Assembly: GCA_964016885.1 (NCBI GenBank)
Contig: OZ024745.1
Location: 12,896,001-12,960,000 of the forward strand
Length of the DNA: 64,000 nucleotides
Direction of reading: 5' to 3'
From: Eledone cirrhosa
Taxonomy: Eukaryota
Shown here: positions 46,398 to 59,365 of the stretch, piece after piece
How positions within the stretch are numbered: the first letter of the stretch is position 1
Layout: the number at the start of each line of letters is the position of its first letter
Position numbers and translations under genes: made by a program
Notes under the pieces: model-generated
What the model saw: the letters and a program-made list of their open reading frames with translations, nothing else
Database searches by the model: none
Told to the model about the DNA's origin: nothing

Positions 46398-46956
46398 AAC
46401 GTTTGAATATGTGTAATAAAGCCAAAACAATGCAGGTATGGACATAGAAAAAAGAATGCAATTGTAAAAGATATTGTTGACAATTCGTCCTTTACCTTAG
46501 ATTTATTTAAATGTCCTTAATTTTCGAGATAATATCTCTTCTTCAGAGGGAAATAAAGGTCTCAAACCAGCGTTCTAAATATCTTGCCAAGTCATACTGA
46601 CAGGAAATAGTATAGAGTATCTGTTCTATCTCTAATGTCAAAGAGTTAAAATTAGGTGGATAAAGAGTAGTCTCCCTTTAAAAGGGGTTTGTTTAGGGTT
46701 TTTTTAATTTTTTTAAATTTTATATACATGCCTGTATAAGTGTGTGGGAGAATGCATGAAGGTGTAAGTATGTGAGTGTGTGTGTGTGAGTGTGAGAAGA
46801 TAAGTCTATTCGTAAATGTGGGGGATAGGTGTTATCTGGTGTTAGAACTGGTTTTGTGTGTGTATGTGTGAGAGAGAATAAGTGGAGGTGTAAGCGTGTG
46901 TGTGTGCGCGTGCGTGTGCGTGTGTGGGGTGTGTAAATATGGGGCTAGAAGCCCTA

Positions 46957-49641
46957 TCAGGTTATAAATTGGGTGTTGAGTTCTAGTCTATTATTGATTG
47001 GTGGTTGTGTTTTATCTATAATTAGTGCTTCCTTAATTCTAAGATTGCCGAGGTTTCTTTCCTTAGTTTCTATCCTAACTGTTATGGTTTTGTCGGTGTT
47101 TTTGCATTTAACTAAGTGTTTCTTAAATGAGGAAGCGTTAGTATTGAGGTGTTCTTTTATTCTTATGTGGAGTGGTTTGGTGGTGCTACCTACGTAGAAG
47201 TTGTTGCATTTGTCACACTCTAGTCTGTATACAACGTAAGCCCGGTGGCATAGGTCTGTGTCGTTGATGGGGCAGTTGGCTAGTCTGCAGCAGTTGTCAT
47301 GTCTGGTGGAGTGTCTCTTGGCCAGCCGTCCGCGCAGAGAAGGACCCGAGTGGGCCAGTTGGATATCCAGTCCCTCTCGTCTGATGGCTCTGCGGATGGC
47401 TGTTGTTGTTTCTTCACTGAAGTGTGGGAGCTTCAGGAAGCAAGTGTTAGTGCCTCGGGTGTGGTGTCCTCTGTTCTTTCTGGCACGGTTTGTGGTGGAT
47501 GTCGTGTATCCGTTCAGTTTGAGTACTTCCAGGAAATGTGTGGTGTGTGTGTCTCGGTCTCTAGCGTCGGTGCATTTGTACCGGATACGTGCCAGTTCGT
47601 TCCTTCTGTATCCGAACTTGGCACCGAGTGGGAGGGCCGATCTGAAATGTACGAACAGGTCCCTGCTGGCGGCTTTTTTATAGAAGCAGGTGTGGATGTT
47701 GCCTTCCTCTGTTACCCTTAGTTGGAAGTCCAGTAGGGATAGGGATCCGCGGTCATCGGGGTGTTCCATGCTGAACTTTATACTGGCGTCCATGCTGGAG
47801 AATGTTGTGTATATTTTATCTGCCTCCTCACGGGATGATGTAAGGATGAGTATGTCATCTACATATCGGGTGAAGAAGGCATGGAAATGGCAGGTGTTGA
47901 GGGCTCGGCATTCTAGCTGGTTTATGTAGGTGATGGCCAGCAGGCCCGATAGGCTGGATCCCATGGGTAATCCTGTTGTCTGTCTGTATGTGTGGTGGTG
48001 GAAGGTGAAGTACGTGTTGTCTACTGTGAAGGACAAAAGCTGGTGTATGTCCGTCGGGTGGAGGCCGTAGCAGTGGATGTCCTCTGCGACCACGCAGTCC
48101 GTCAATAAATCGACAGCTGGATGAGCGGGGACTGTAGTGTAGAGGGAGACAACGTCGAGGCTAAAAGCGTATTTATTTAGTTTAAGTTGTTCTGGCTGGA
48201 GTTGGTGTAGTCTACGTATAACTTCGTCGGAGCTACTGATATGCCCGGGAAAGGTGGAGAGTAGAGGCTTGAGGACCTGGGAGAGGAGCCAGGAAATTTT
48301 GTATAGGGGTCCTTCTATGCTAGAGACGATGGGTCTTATTTGCGTCTTAGTACTATTCTTGTGGGTCTTGATGAGGTGGTAGAAAGTGGGCAGTCTGCTA
48401 TTTCTAGTGGTGTAGTTGAGCTTAACTTTATTTGGGAGTTTTCTTCTCCTAGAGATATCGAACCAAATGGAGTTGGTCTGTTTTTCGATCTGGGCTGCAG
48501 TCATGTCCGGGATCACTGTGTATAATTCACTGTCGCTTAGGTGTTCAAAGGCTAGGTTATTGTATGTGTCTTGAGAGATGACGAAAAACTCTTTACCTTT
48601 GTCGGATGGTAAGTATATAAGTTCTCTATTCCGTAGGTTCTTCAGGGCGAGTTGTTGTGTCCTGGAGAGGTTTGGGGCTATCTTCTTCTGTTTCCGTAAG
48701 ATGTTAAATACGGAATGTTTTAGTCTCGAGAGTTTTTCTTCAAGCTCGCGGTTGGCAGGCGGTGGACAGAGTGGGCGATCTAGTTGGTATATCGGGAATC
48801 TGGGTTTGATGGATTCCGTGCTGTTGTTGTCGAGAGTCGATATCCATTTTAGTTGGTAGGCAACCCGACAGAAATTCGTTTCTATGTCGAGCCATAGTTT
48901 GTCGTCCAGTCTCTGTTTCAATATGAACTTGGGACCCAGGCTGAGGAGGTCTAATTCCTCTCGGGAGAGGGTTCCTGTCAAGTCTGTGAAGAGGTGTTTT
49001 GCGTCAGGTGTGTTGTTGGTCGGGGCGCCGCTAGGTTCGGTGTTGGTACCGTCTTGTTCGCCTCTGTTGGTGTTTAGAGTTGGGATGTTGTTAAGACAGT
49101 TGGCCGTCCTGAGTTTGAGAAATTTTTGCGTTAGACGTATTTTCTCGTAGTCTCGGCGGTGGTGGTATGACCTGTCTATAGTGGCGGAGATGACTCTGGA
49201 CAGAGGTTCTGGGGTGTCAGCAACTTGTGGTACAAGGCTGGAAATAGTCCGTATGTGATGTTGTAGCGTGCGGTGTAGGTGTTGTATGAGTTTTCTTAGG
49301 CAGAATTTTTGTATGTAACTAAGTGATCGTTTGAGGCCTGGTGATTTGAAGCATGTTGGTAGGTGCAAATTGTTGATAGTTTTGGGGATGATGTTGTTAT
49401 TCAGGCATCGTTTTAGGAAGTTTATTTGGCAGCCGGCTTTGGCGCGCTTTTCAGATAGCTGGAAGAGTTTCTTTACAGTTGTGAACTGGGCCTGGCTCAG
49501 GCGTAAGGAAAGGAGGAGGTTATAGTTCACTTGAAGTATTGTGTAATGAGGTATAAACGTTTGAATATGTGTAATAAAGCCAAAACAATGCAGGTATGGA
49601 CATAGAAAAAAGAATGCAATTGTAAAAGATATTGTTGACAA
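46957..49641 (-). CDS. PLE polyprotein: reverse transcriptase plus C-terminal GIY-YIG endonuclease (Cys-rich linker, Neptune/Nematis-like)
   Basis: Uninterrupted 894 codons containing PSDKG, RPIVS, SLDVVSLYT, GLPMGSSLS, RYVDD, CRLANCPINDTDLC and VVYRLECDKCNNFYVGST...RIKEH...EALII...PPIN. The ORF-finder start is TTG. Confidence 0.95.
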   Translation of the reverse strand: MSTISFTIAFFFLCPYLHCFGFITHIQTFIPHYTILQVNYNLLLSLRLSQAQFTTVKKLFQLSEKRAKAGCQINFLKRCLNNNIIPKTINNLHLPTCFKSPGLKRSLSYIQKFCLRKLIQHLHRTLQHHIRTISSLVPQVADTPEPLSRVISATIDRSYHHRRDYEKIRLTQKFLKLRTANCLNNIPTLNTNRGEQDGTNTEPSGAPTNNTPDAKHLFTDLTGTLSREELDLLSLGPKFILKQRLDDKLWLDIETNFCRVAYQLKWISTLDNNSTESIKPRFPIYQLDRPLCPPPANRELEEKLSRLKHSVFNILRKQKKIAPNLSRTQQLALKNLRNRELIYLPSDKGKEFFVISQDTYNNLAFEHLSDSELYTVIPDMTAAQIEKQTNSIWFDISRRRKLPNKVKLNYTTRNSRLPTFYHLIKTHKNSTKTQIRPIVSSIEGPLYKISWLLSQVLKPLLSTFPGHISSSDEVIRRLHQLQPEQLKLNKYAFSLDVVSLYTTVPAHPAVDLLTDCVVAEDIHCYGLHPTDIHQLLSFTVDNTYFTFHHHTYRQTTGLPMGSSLSGLLAITYINQLECRALNTCHFHAFFTRYVDDILILTSSREEADKIYTTFSSMDASIKFSMEHPDDRGSLSLLDFQLRVTEEGNIHTCFYKKAASRDLFVHFRSALPLGAKFGYRRNELARIRYKCTDARDRDTHTTHFLEVLKLNGYTTSTTNRARKNRGHHTRGTNTCFLKLPHFSEETTTAIRRAIRREGLDIQLAHSGPSLRGRLAKRHSTRHDNCCRLANCPINDTDLCHRAYVVYRLECDKCNNFYVGSTTKPLHIRIKEHLNTNASSFKKHLVKCKNTDKTITVRIETKERNLGNLRIKEALIIDKTQPPINNRLELNTQFIT

Positions 49642-50097
49642 TTCGTCCTTTACCTTAGATTTATTTAAATATCCTTAATTTTCGAGATAATATCTCTTCT
49701 TCAGGGGGAAATAAAGGTCTCAAACCAGCGTTCTAAATATCTTGCCAAGCCATGCTGACAGGAAATAGTATAGAGTATCTGTTCTATCTCTAATGTCAAA
49801 GAGTTAAAATTAGGTGGATAAAGAGTAGTCTCCCTTTAAAAGGGGGTTTGTTTAGGTTTTTTTTAATTTTTTTTAATTTTATATACATGCCTGTATAAGT
49901 GTGTGGGAGAATGCATGAAGGTGTAAGTATGTGAGTGTGTGTGTGTGAGTGTGAGAAGATAAGTCTATTCGTAAATGTGGGGGATAGGTGTTATCTGGTG
50001 TTAGAACTGGTTTTGTGTGTGTATGTGTGAGAGAGAATAAGTGGAGGTGTAAACGTGTGTGTGTGTGGGGTGTGTCAATATGGGGCTAGAAGCCCTA

Positions 50098-50675
50098 TCA
50101 GGTTATAAATTGGGTGTTGAGTTCTAGTCTATTATTGATTGGTGGTTGTGTTTTATCTATAATTAGTGCTTCCTTAATTCTGAGATTGCCGAGGTTTCTT
50201 TCCTTAGTTTCTATCCTAACTGTTATGGTTTTGTCGGTGTTTTTGCATTTAACTAGGTGTTTCTTAAATGAGGAAGCGTTAGTATTGAGGTGTTCTTTTA
50301 TTCTTTTGTGGAGTGGTCTGGTGGTGCTACCTACGTAGAAGTTGTTGCATTTGCCACACTCTAGTCTGTATACAACGTAAGCCCGGTGGCATAGGTCTGT
50401 GTCGTTGATGGGGCAGTTAGCTAGTCTGCAGCAGTTGTCATGCCTGGTGGAGTGTCTCTTGGCCAGCCGTCCGCGCAGAGAAGGACCCGAGTGGGCCAGT
50501 TGGATATCCAGTCCCTCTCGTCTGATGGCTCTGCGGATGGCTGTTGTTGTTTCTTCACTGAAGTGTGGGAGCTTCAGGAAGCAAGTGTTAGTGCCTCGGG
50601 TGTGGTGTCCTCTGTTCTTTCTGGCATGGTTTGTGGTGGATGTCGTGTATCCATTCAGTTTGAGTACTTCCAGGA
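50098..50675 (-). pseudogene. 5'-truncated duplicate of the PLE endonuclease C-terminus (upstream partial tandem copy)
   Basis: Nearly identical to the last ~190 aa of 46957-49641. Confidence 0.9.
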
Positions 50676-51130
50676 GAATTAAGGAAGCACTAATTATAGA
50701 TAAAACACAACCACCAACCAATAATAGACTAGAACTCAACACCCAATTTATAACCTGATAGGGCTTCTAGCCCCATATTTACACACCCGACACACACACG
50801 CTTACACCTCCACTTATTCTCTCTCACACATACACACACAAAACCAGTTCTAACACCAGATAACACCTATCCCCCACATTTACGAAAAGACTTATCTTCT
50901 CACACTCACACACACACACTCACATACTTACACCTTCATGCATTCTCCCACACACTTATACAGGCATGTATATAAAATAATAATAAAAAAAACCCTAAAC
51001 AAACCCCTTTTAAAGGGAGACTACTCTTTATCCACCTAATTTTAACTCTTTGACATTAGAGATAGAACAGATACTCTATACTATTTCCTGTCAGCATGGC
51101 TTGGCAAGATATTTAGAACGCTGGTTTGAG

Positions 51131-51197
51131 ACCTTTATTTCCCTCTGAAGAAGAGATATTATCTCGAAAATTAAGGACATTTAAATAAATCTAAGGT
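51131..51197 (+). ncRNA. Minimal hammerhead in the PLE pLTR (family E; other copies at 46494-46560 and 49652-49718, both minus)
   Basis: CCT-CTGAAGA-a-GAGAT(att)ATCTC-GAAA-AT-TA-AGG, with palindromic AATT and distal stem I pairing TTTATTT/AAATAAA. Confidence 0.75.
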
Positions 51198-51347
51198 AAA
51201 GGACGAATTGTCAACAATATCTTTTACAATTGCATTCTTTTTTCTATGTTCATACCTGCATTGTTTTGGCTTTATTACACATATTCAAACGTTTATACCT
51301 CATTACACAATGCTTCAAGTGAACTATAACCTCCTCCATATATATAC

Positions 51348-51972
<625 letters not shown>

Positions 51973-52238
51973 TAGCTTTGCGGTCAAGGTTTTCGAATCA
52001 TGGCCGCAAGGCGATAAGTTGGATTCTCTGAGTAGGTGGCACGTTGTGTCCTTGAGCAAGGCACTTTATTTCATGTCATATATATTATATATATATATAT
52101 ATACATATATCAGGGCGAAGGGTCCATGCATTCAACGCATGCAGTGCATGCGCTATAGAATCTTGAGTTGATCAATTGCGTCGGTTGAAGCCAGCAGAAT
52201 TTTGGCTGCTTACTAAAACGTATAGACACAAAAAGATA

Positions 52239-52303
<65 letters not shown>

Positions 52304-52386
52304 CACAAACACATACACACAAACACACGACAGCTTTGGGGCAAGCAGAATTTTGACCGCTTACTAAATCGTAGACACATAAAAAG

Positions 52387-52435
<49 letters not shown>

Positions 52436-52469
52436 ACAAACACACACACACATACACACAAACACACGA

Positions 52470-54345
52470 CAGTTTCCCCTGACTTTTGAAAGAATTAAGT
52501 TAATGAGGAATGTCTTTCCTGTTCCAACTGGAGCATCAATGAAAATCAATGCAGATGTGTTCCTCTCTAAACTGTTAGAAACGAAGTCGTACACGTGTTT
52601 TTGTTCACTATTCAATAGAGGCTCCGTCTCTTCTACAAATCGTCGCTGCTCTTCTCTGCTGTATTGTAATTCATGCAATAACTCCAAATTGCCAATATCC
52701 TGATTACCAACAATATTATTTGGTCCTGGCAAGTTAAAGTCACTAAGACTTTTGCCCAGGTCGATAGGTTTGTCTTCAAAATACAGAAGACATTGATCAT
52801 AATGTCTCTCGTTAATCAAAACTTTAGAGTTTCTGGTATCCCTTTTTTTTCTATTTGAAGGTAATCCTCAGACAGCGAATGCTTAAATCGAGCCCATAAA
52901 GCATTGGAATTGTCAAATTCCGTATTTGTGAGGAGCACGATGAATAGATCTCTCATGGCTTTGGGAAGCGTTGTTCGCTCAGCATCTTCCAGAGTCTGCT
53001 GCCAATGATCATCCGATTGAAGCAAACCTTTCTATCTGCAGACGTCTTTGAATAAGGGCAGGAGTCCTCGATCACACATTTTCAAAGAGTTGAAGGATAC
53101 TGGCCCTTTGACGTGATGCATAAGGAGTCTTAAATAATACAGGTCACCACTTCGTGAGGAAACAGTGTATACTCGTCCCAAAATGTTCGCCTAAAAATCC
53201 CTGGATACTGCTCAACTGTTTTCCCCACCTTTCTCCTTTTCCACCTCTTATTACTCCAAGTGTAAAACTTTGGCACATCGGCATAATACAATGTTTTTGC
53301 AAACGGATCGCGATCGCAAAGATCCATGAACTCAGTCAGAGTCGTCTTAGCCATGTTATTGTTTACTTTAACAGCAGCATTGACCCGAAAGAAGATTTGA
53401 TTTTCCTCAGGTAGATGAACTTGAAGGCGAACTACGGCCGGTTCTCTCTCATGAATTGGAAATCCAAGTACCAAGGCAACAGCTTCTGAAGGACTGATAT
53501 ATCTTCCTATTAAATACTGTATTATCTCATCTTCCCTGTTCACTCCAAACATTGCCTGATCACTGCCCTTCATGGTATATTTGATAACGTATTTGATCGA
53601 TTTCACAGAAGAGCACATCTCTACGTTTAGGTGGCAGTTGAACAGTTTTAATAGTTTCATATTGTAGAGAACCACCCATTCCGAAGTTATATTTCAGCTT
53701 CCCCTTCCTTCTTGGTGTCCCTCAAATCCTCCCATTCCCGGAGACCGTCTTCTGTACACAGGATAAGAGTCCTCTCCACACAATGTATATTCATTGAAAT
53801 GCTTAGGGTGCGGCTTACTGCACGTTCCATCTTTCCAACACGGCGAATTGTTAGAGCAATTCGGACCGTGGATCATGTGATTCAGCACCAATTCATGACC
53901 CTCTGGATCTGGTATTTCGGCTTGAACAAATTTATCGTATTCCTGCGGTCTGGGCTTGGAGGCTTCATTGAGCCATAGCAAACAGTGCACACGAGGAAGA
54001 CCTCACTTTTGATATTCGACTGTCAGCATGTAAGCAATGCACTTGCCAAATAGGCCATCTACTCCAGTAATATACTTTCTTAACAGTTTAGCTTCAGATC
54101 AAATACTCTGGCAATTAAATCTGGCCTGTAATGTGGCTTCTGATTCAGGAATAGGTTTTGCTGGATATCGGGCCAGTTTGGATTGCATGTCATTGTGATG
54201 AAGAACGAAGGATTGCCGTACTTCCGTATGTACATCATGGCGTCCTGGCATCGTTCCATCATATATCTCGGTCCACCGACAGATGTGGAAGAGAGTATGA
54301 TTCGCCTGCCAATATTGCGAAAATCGTCATCATCATTCAATGCGT
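52470..54345 (-). pseudogene. Helitron RepHel relic (HUH Rep domain and start of the Pif1-like helicase), frameshifted and truncated
   Basis: GGPRYM..QDAM..FITMTCNPNW..RPDLIARVF, VHCLLWL, IKYVIKYTMKGSD, GRYISPSEA and FIDAPVGTGKTFL across several frames. Confidence 0.92.
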
Positions 54346-55770
54346 CAATAAGGCCCTTGTATGTTGTAGATCGCGAAGAAGAAGAAGAAGTGCCGGATCA
54401 TTGATCATTAGGTGCCAGAAAAGCGGTGTTACACCCGTGTATTCAGATGCAGATTTATAGCCAAACAAATAAATATTTTAAGCTCACTATTAAAGAATTA
54501 CCTCCCTTGCATCGTAGAGCAAAGTAAAAGGATCTCCGTCGGTTTCATTGGATCAACGAAATGGCCTGCTCGTTAAAATAACGTGTAAGTGGCTGAGTAT
54601 TCACAATACACATGCACCTTGAATGTAATTCTCAGGGAGATTCAGCGCGACATTCTACCTATTTGAATTAGAGGTAAAGTCCACCCAGTTTCCAAGCAGT
54701 TTCCATCCACCTAATTCCACTGACAAGGTTTGGGTCAACACAAAGCTATAGTAAAATAAATTTTCCGCAGATGCCACACACTGGAATCAAACTATGAACC
54801 TCACAATTGTGAAACAAACTTGTTAACAATTCAACTATGTTACAATCATCAGTTCTCTAATTTAGAATTACTTCCCTTTCATTGTAATCTTTTCATATAT
54901 GGTATATATGGTCCCGTAACTCCCGATGAACGGCTGCCATATTGACAAGCGTTGTTTCTTAGGGCATATTTTCAAAATCTAGCGGAGTTCATCTCTTTTC
55001 CTGGTCTGAATACAGCAAATTTCTTCCAAAGTAGGATAGGAAGTGAGAGAATAGAAGTGTGAAAGAGATATAGAGGAAGAATCGACTCCAGTACTAGATT
55101 GGTACTTTTTTTATCAACCTTGTTGAACTCAGAGAGCAGAGGGCCCGAATGAGTACAGCAAAGCATTCTATCCGACCTGTTAACGTCAATTCACTGCCTT
55201 AATTTAAATAGGAACTATTTAAAATGGGTTGTTTTGTTTCCTAGAATCAGAGGTGGTTTCGTGCGGCGGGTTGGTATCTAAACGGTATCTAATACGAGTT
55301 TATCATATTCACTATAACAAATCATTTTAAATCCACCAACGTTTATTTCACAGTGAATTGTTTTTCTCTCGTGTGAAGGTCTGTTAACTTTAGTTCGGTT
55401 CTCATTTTAAACGCATTCAATGACAATTCAATTAATCACAAATGAATATATTATATATAAATGAATATAACCAGTAAAAGACAGCCGTGGAGTAATATAT
55501 ATAATGCCAAACAACGAAACAAGGCTTGTTAGTTAGTTAAGCCACAGTTTACGATCGCTTCAGAAGGCAAAAAACATTTATTCTCGATAGTTATATAGCT
55601 CCATACTATTATACCCCCACCTCAGCACATTACATATATACACACACGCGCGCGCGCAAACACACATATATAGATATATGTATAATATATATGTTCGTGT
55701 GTAGAGAGAGAGAGAAAGAAAGAAAGAGAGAGGGGGAGATATTATTCATACATACACACACACACATAAT

Positions 55771-55804
<34 letters not shown>

Positions 55805-56874
55805 GTGATATATATATACATATAATATATATATACATACAATCTATATATTCATACCTATAACACACACACACGTATACACGTGTGCATATATCTTCCC
55901 CTCCCTCCACTCCCCTTACCATCACCATTGAATTTATTTCTACCTTTCTTTCTCTCTTTTTTAAAAATTTTTTTTTTTTCAAACATGACATAACTTAATT
56001 TATGAATAAAACTTTTGATTTTTGAAAAACGTACATAACATAAGATAACATTAAAGGAGATTACTCTTGTTTCCATCTCTTCCTGATTATCTCCCTTGAC
56101 ACAATTGGTATCTGTCGGACAGACAACCCTGATACGATATTCTTTAAGAAGTTCGTTTATTAAGCAAGCGATGCGATGTTCGATCCCATTTTATGTCAAA
56201 ATGAATGAATGTCTTCTACTGTAGCATCGGGTGGGCGTGTGTGTGTTTATTCTGTGTGCGTGTGTATGTGTGTGTCTGGGATTTATATGCTATATATATA
56301 TATATATATATATAAATATTCCAACCATCCACACCATATCTTGAAAAATATCCAGCACCTCGCCATAATCTGACGGAACTACCTCAGGACCTTATCCATG
56401 AACATACACTCACACATTTTTTTTCGCACCACGCCACCCACATCCACACCACATATAAACACAAACACACACGTGCGTACCCCCACATATACACAACCTC
56501 CGGAATCCATACGCCACCTCCCTCACCCCCTGAACCCTCTCCTTCCACACGTACGCACACATCGACTTACACCCCACCCCACGCAAACACCTTTTCCTGA
56601 ACATGGAACCTCGTTCTTCCGCAAACGCTCACATACACACGCACACACACTCACGTACACCTACACACATACAAAAACACCACCTTCAGCCTTCCTCGCT
56701 TCGACCCCCGCCTCCCTCTCCCAACTCCACCTGCCACCACCCTTACACGCCCCACAACCTTCCACCACTTGTCCATCTTATTGTTTATTCTTATTTTTAT
56801 TTTTATTTGTTCTCCTTCCCCCTTTTTTCTAAATGTATTTCCATGCACCCTCTGAACACTCTTCCTAACCTATT

Positions 56875-56912
56875 TATTCCTGAAGAAGGGCTTATGCCCG
56901 AAACGTCGTGCC
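56875..56912 (+). ncRNA. Minimal hammerhead motif (family B, second copy) in a pLTR-like element at ~56315-56993 between (TA)n tracts
   Basis: CTGAAGA-A-GGGC-TTAT-GCCC-GAAACGTCGTG. The flanks are similar to 36686-36857, and stem I is degenerate. Confidence 0.55.
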
Positions 56913-57007
56913 CCACCTCCCACTCTCAAAAGCGTGAACCTAATAAACCTTTCTTTGTCTGCCTCTCTGTTTTGTTCCCGTATAAATTTGCACTATATAT
57001 ATATATA

Positions 57008-57528
57008 TAAATGTAAGTATGTATACGTACATACATATATGTATACAGACATACAGTAGTATGTATATACATACATACATGCACACACATATATATATGT
57101 ACGTATGGGTTTACCGAACATTTATTATAATGCTCGGTTTGTTTGCAAATTAGGCTGCTCAGCCGTTAATATGAATAAGGAGGGTATATACATTCAAACG
57201 TTCAATCAACTGACAGGAAGGTATACTGTGCTGATGACAGCTAATAAGCTAGAAACTAGTTCATCGTTCCTTTGTCAGTGTTGAACAAAATGGCAGCGAT
57301 GGTTGCCGAACACTGTACGGCTAATAATTCGGTATGTTTGTTTACAAACAAACCGAGCATTATAATAAATGTTCGGTAAACCCATACGTACATATATATA
57401 TGTGTGCATGTATGTATATATATACATACTACTGTACGTCTGTATTCATATATGTATGTACGTATACATACTTACATTTAAGTATCAGCCGTTCTAAGAG
57501 TGAGAAATGAAATTTCATTTTTTCCATT
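57008..57528. mobile_element. Family G: ~140-bp inverted arms (57008-57149 and 57341-57480), hammerhead in the spacer, ~48-nt tail, in (TA)n
   Basis: Direct reverse-complement match between the arms. Confidence 0.8.
57200..57286 (+). ncRNA. Type I hammerhead with extended stem I
   Basis: GTG-CTGATGA-c-AGCT(aata)AGCT-a-GAAA-CTAG-TT-CAT, with distal pairings ACTGACA/TGTCAGT and GTTCAA/TTGAAC. Confidence 0.75.
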
Positions 57529-57578
57529 TATATATATATATATATGTATGTATATATATATATATGTATGTATATATA

Positions 57579-57627
<49 letters not shown>

Positions 57628-57846
57628 TATATAGAAATTATAGAATTATATAGAAATTATAGATTCATGTAATTTCTATTTAACTGGTCTGTAAAACAAC
57701 TGATGTTGTTACATTGAGCTATTTATCTTACTGGTAATAAGATAGTAATAAATTACTGTCTTTCACTATTTAGGGTTTAAAATATATATAACTATAAAAG
57801 GTTTTAGTATATACATAACCATAAATAGTATCATATTCAGTGAATA

Positions 57847-57914
57847 TGGTTAGTTCGCGAAATTGGTTAGTTCGCGAAATTGGTTAGTTCGCGAAATTGG
57901 TTAGTTCGCGAAAT
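57847..57914. repeat. Perfect 4 x 17-bp tandem repeat TGGTTAGTTCGCGAAAT
   Basis: Read directly from the sequence. Confidence 0.95.
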
Positions 57915-58220
57915 TTATTATACTTATTGACCAACCAATCAAATTACTTCTCTAAATACCTGGCGTTTCGAGCCACTTTTTTCCATATAAAACAAGTAAC
58001 ATTCAAAGACCAACCAGATGTGAGAAAAACCACAGACCCCCCATCTCAACTCTACTTTAGAAAAGCAGAAGAACTGCGAAACCGATAAAGGAACCAAATA
58101 AATATATATATATTTTTTAAATAAGACTCCAGTTGCATTTTCGATTTCATCTTTTTTTCTTTATACTTTCACTCGTGTAGGACACCTCGGTTATTTTTCA
58201 TTTTGCAAAAAAAAACTCAC

Positions 58221-58272
<52 letters not shown>

Positions 58273-58283
<11 letters not shown>

Positions 58284-59352
58284 AAGAATCAAAGAACTGT
58301 TCAAAACATTATTGTGCTTACAGCTGTTTCCTCCAAACCGAGGTTTGGATTCTTCGGAGCAATTTATTAATGCATGGACAGTTATATGACCTCCTTTTCA
58401 GCCGAGAGACATACCAATACATATTCAAACATTGATACATATTCAAACATTGTGGGTCAACATTCATTACAGAATTTAGAGTGGCAGTACACACTTCGAG
58501 ATTACATTTATATTAATAGGTACAATCAAAAATCAAAAATATAGGTTAAGATACAACATGAAGATAAGCGGTTATATAGTGCAAATGTTATATGTGTGGC
58601 ACGCATGTGCGTCTTGTTTATATAGTGTGGCAGAGAGATATGTGTGGTAGAGGCACTTAGGTAGGTAAATCTCCATTACTTATAACACTTTTAATGCTTG
58701 CACTATCTTTAATGCTTATAATATTTCTCCACACACAGACTATATCAATCATATAAAGGATTTTCCACCAGATCTACCAACCTAACACTCTTATTTACCT
58801 ACCTAAGTGCCTCTACCACACATATCTCTCTGCCACACTATATAAACAAGACGCACATGCGTGCCACACATATAACATTTGCACTATATAACCGCTTATC
58901 TTCATGTTGTATCTTAACCTATATTTTTGATTTTTGATTGTACCTATTAATATAAATGTAATCTCGAAGTGTGTACTGCCACTCTAAATTCTGTAATGAA
59001 TGTTGACCCACAATGTTTGAATATGTATCAATGTTTGAATATGTATTGGTATGTCTCTCGGCTGAAAAGGAGGTCATATAACTGTCCATGCATTAATAAA
59101 TTGCTCCGAAGAATCCAAACCTCGGTTTGGAGGAAACAGCTGTAAGCACAATAATGTTTTGAACAGTTCTTTGATTCTTATATTTCATATAACTGCTCTG
59201 TAAATCATCTGATGTTTTTACATTGAGCTACTTAACTTACTGGTAATAAGGTAGTAATACAATACTGCCTACCACTATTTAGGGTGTGTGTAAAATACTT
59301 ACAACTGCTTAAGGTTTTGTATTTACATAACCATAAATAGTATAACTAATAC
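58273..59352. mobile_element. Family H: 398-bp inverted arms (58273-58670 and 58793-59190) plus ~160-nt tail, in (TA)n
   Basis: Reverse-complement match between the arms. A diverged copy of the tail lies at ~57680-57833. Confidence 0.85.
59102..59148 (+). ncRNA. Minimal hammerhead, U4C core variant (mirror copy at 58315-58361 minus)
   Basis: TGCT-CCGAAGA-a-TCCAAAC(ctcg)GTTTGGA-g-GAAA-CAGCTG-TA-AGCA. Confidence 0.78.
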
Positions 59353-59365
59353 TATATATATATAT

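Larger units (their letters stand above)
46393..51337 (-). mobile_element. Penelope-like retroelement (full ORF, partial tandem upstream copy, inverted pLTR) inserted in (TA)n
   Basis: Direct repeat at ~46393-47534 and ~49551-50675. The inverted copy at 50675-51337 matches ~49512-50181. (TA)n lies on both flanks. Confidence 0.95.

Noticed and set aside
46973-49525. Plus-strand ORFs overlapping the PLE
   Set aside because: Antisense shadows of the RT/endonuclease frame.
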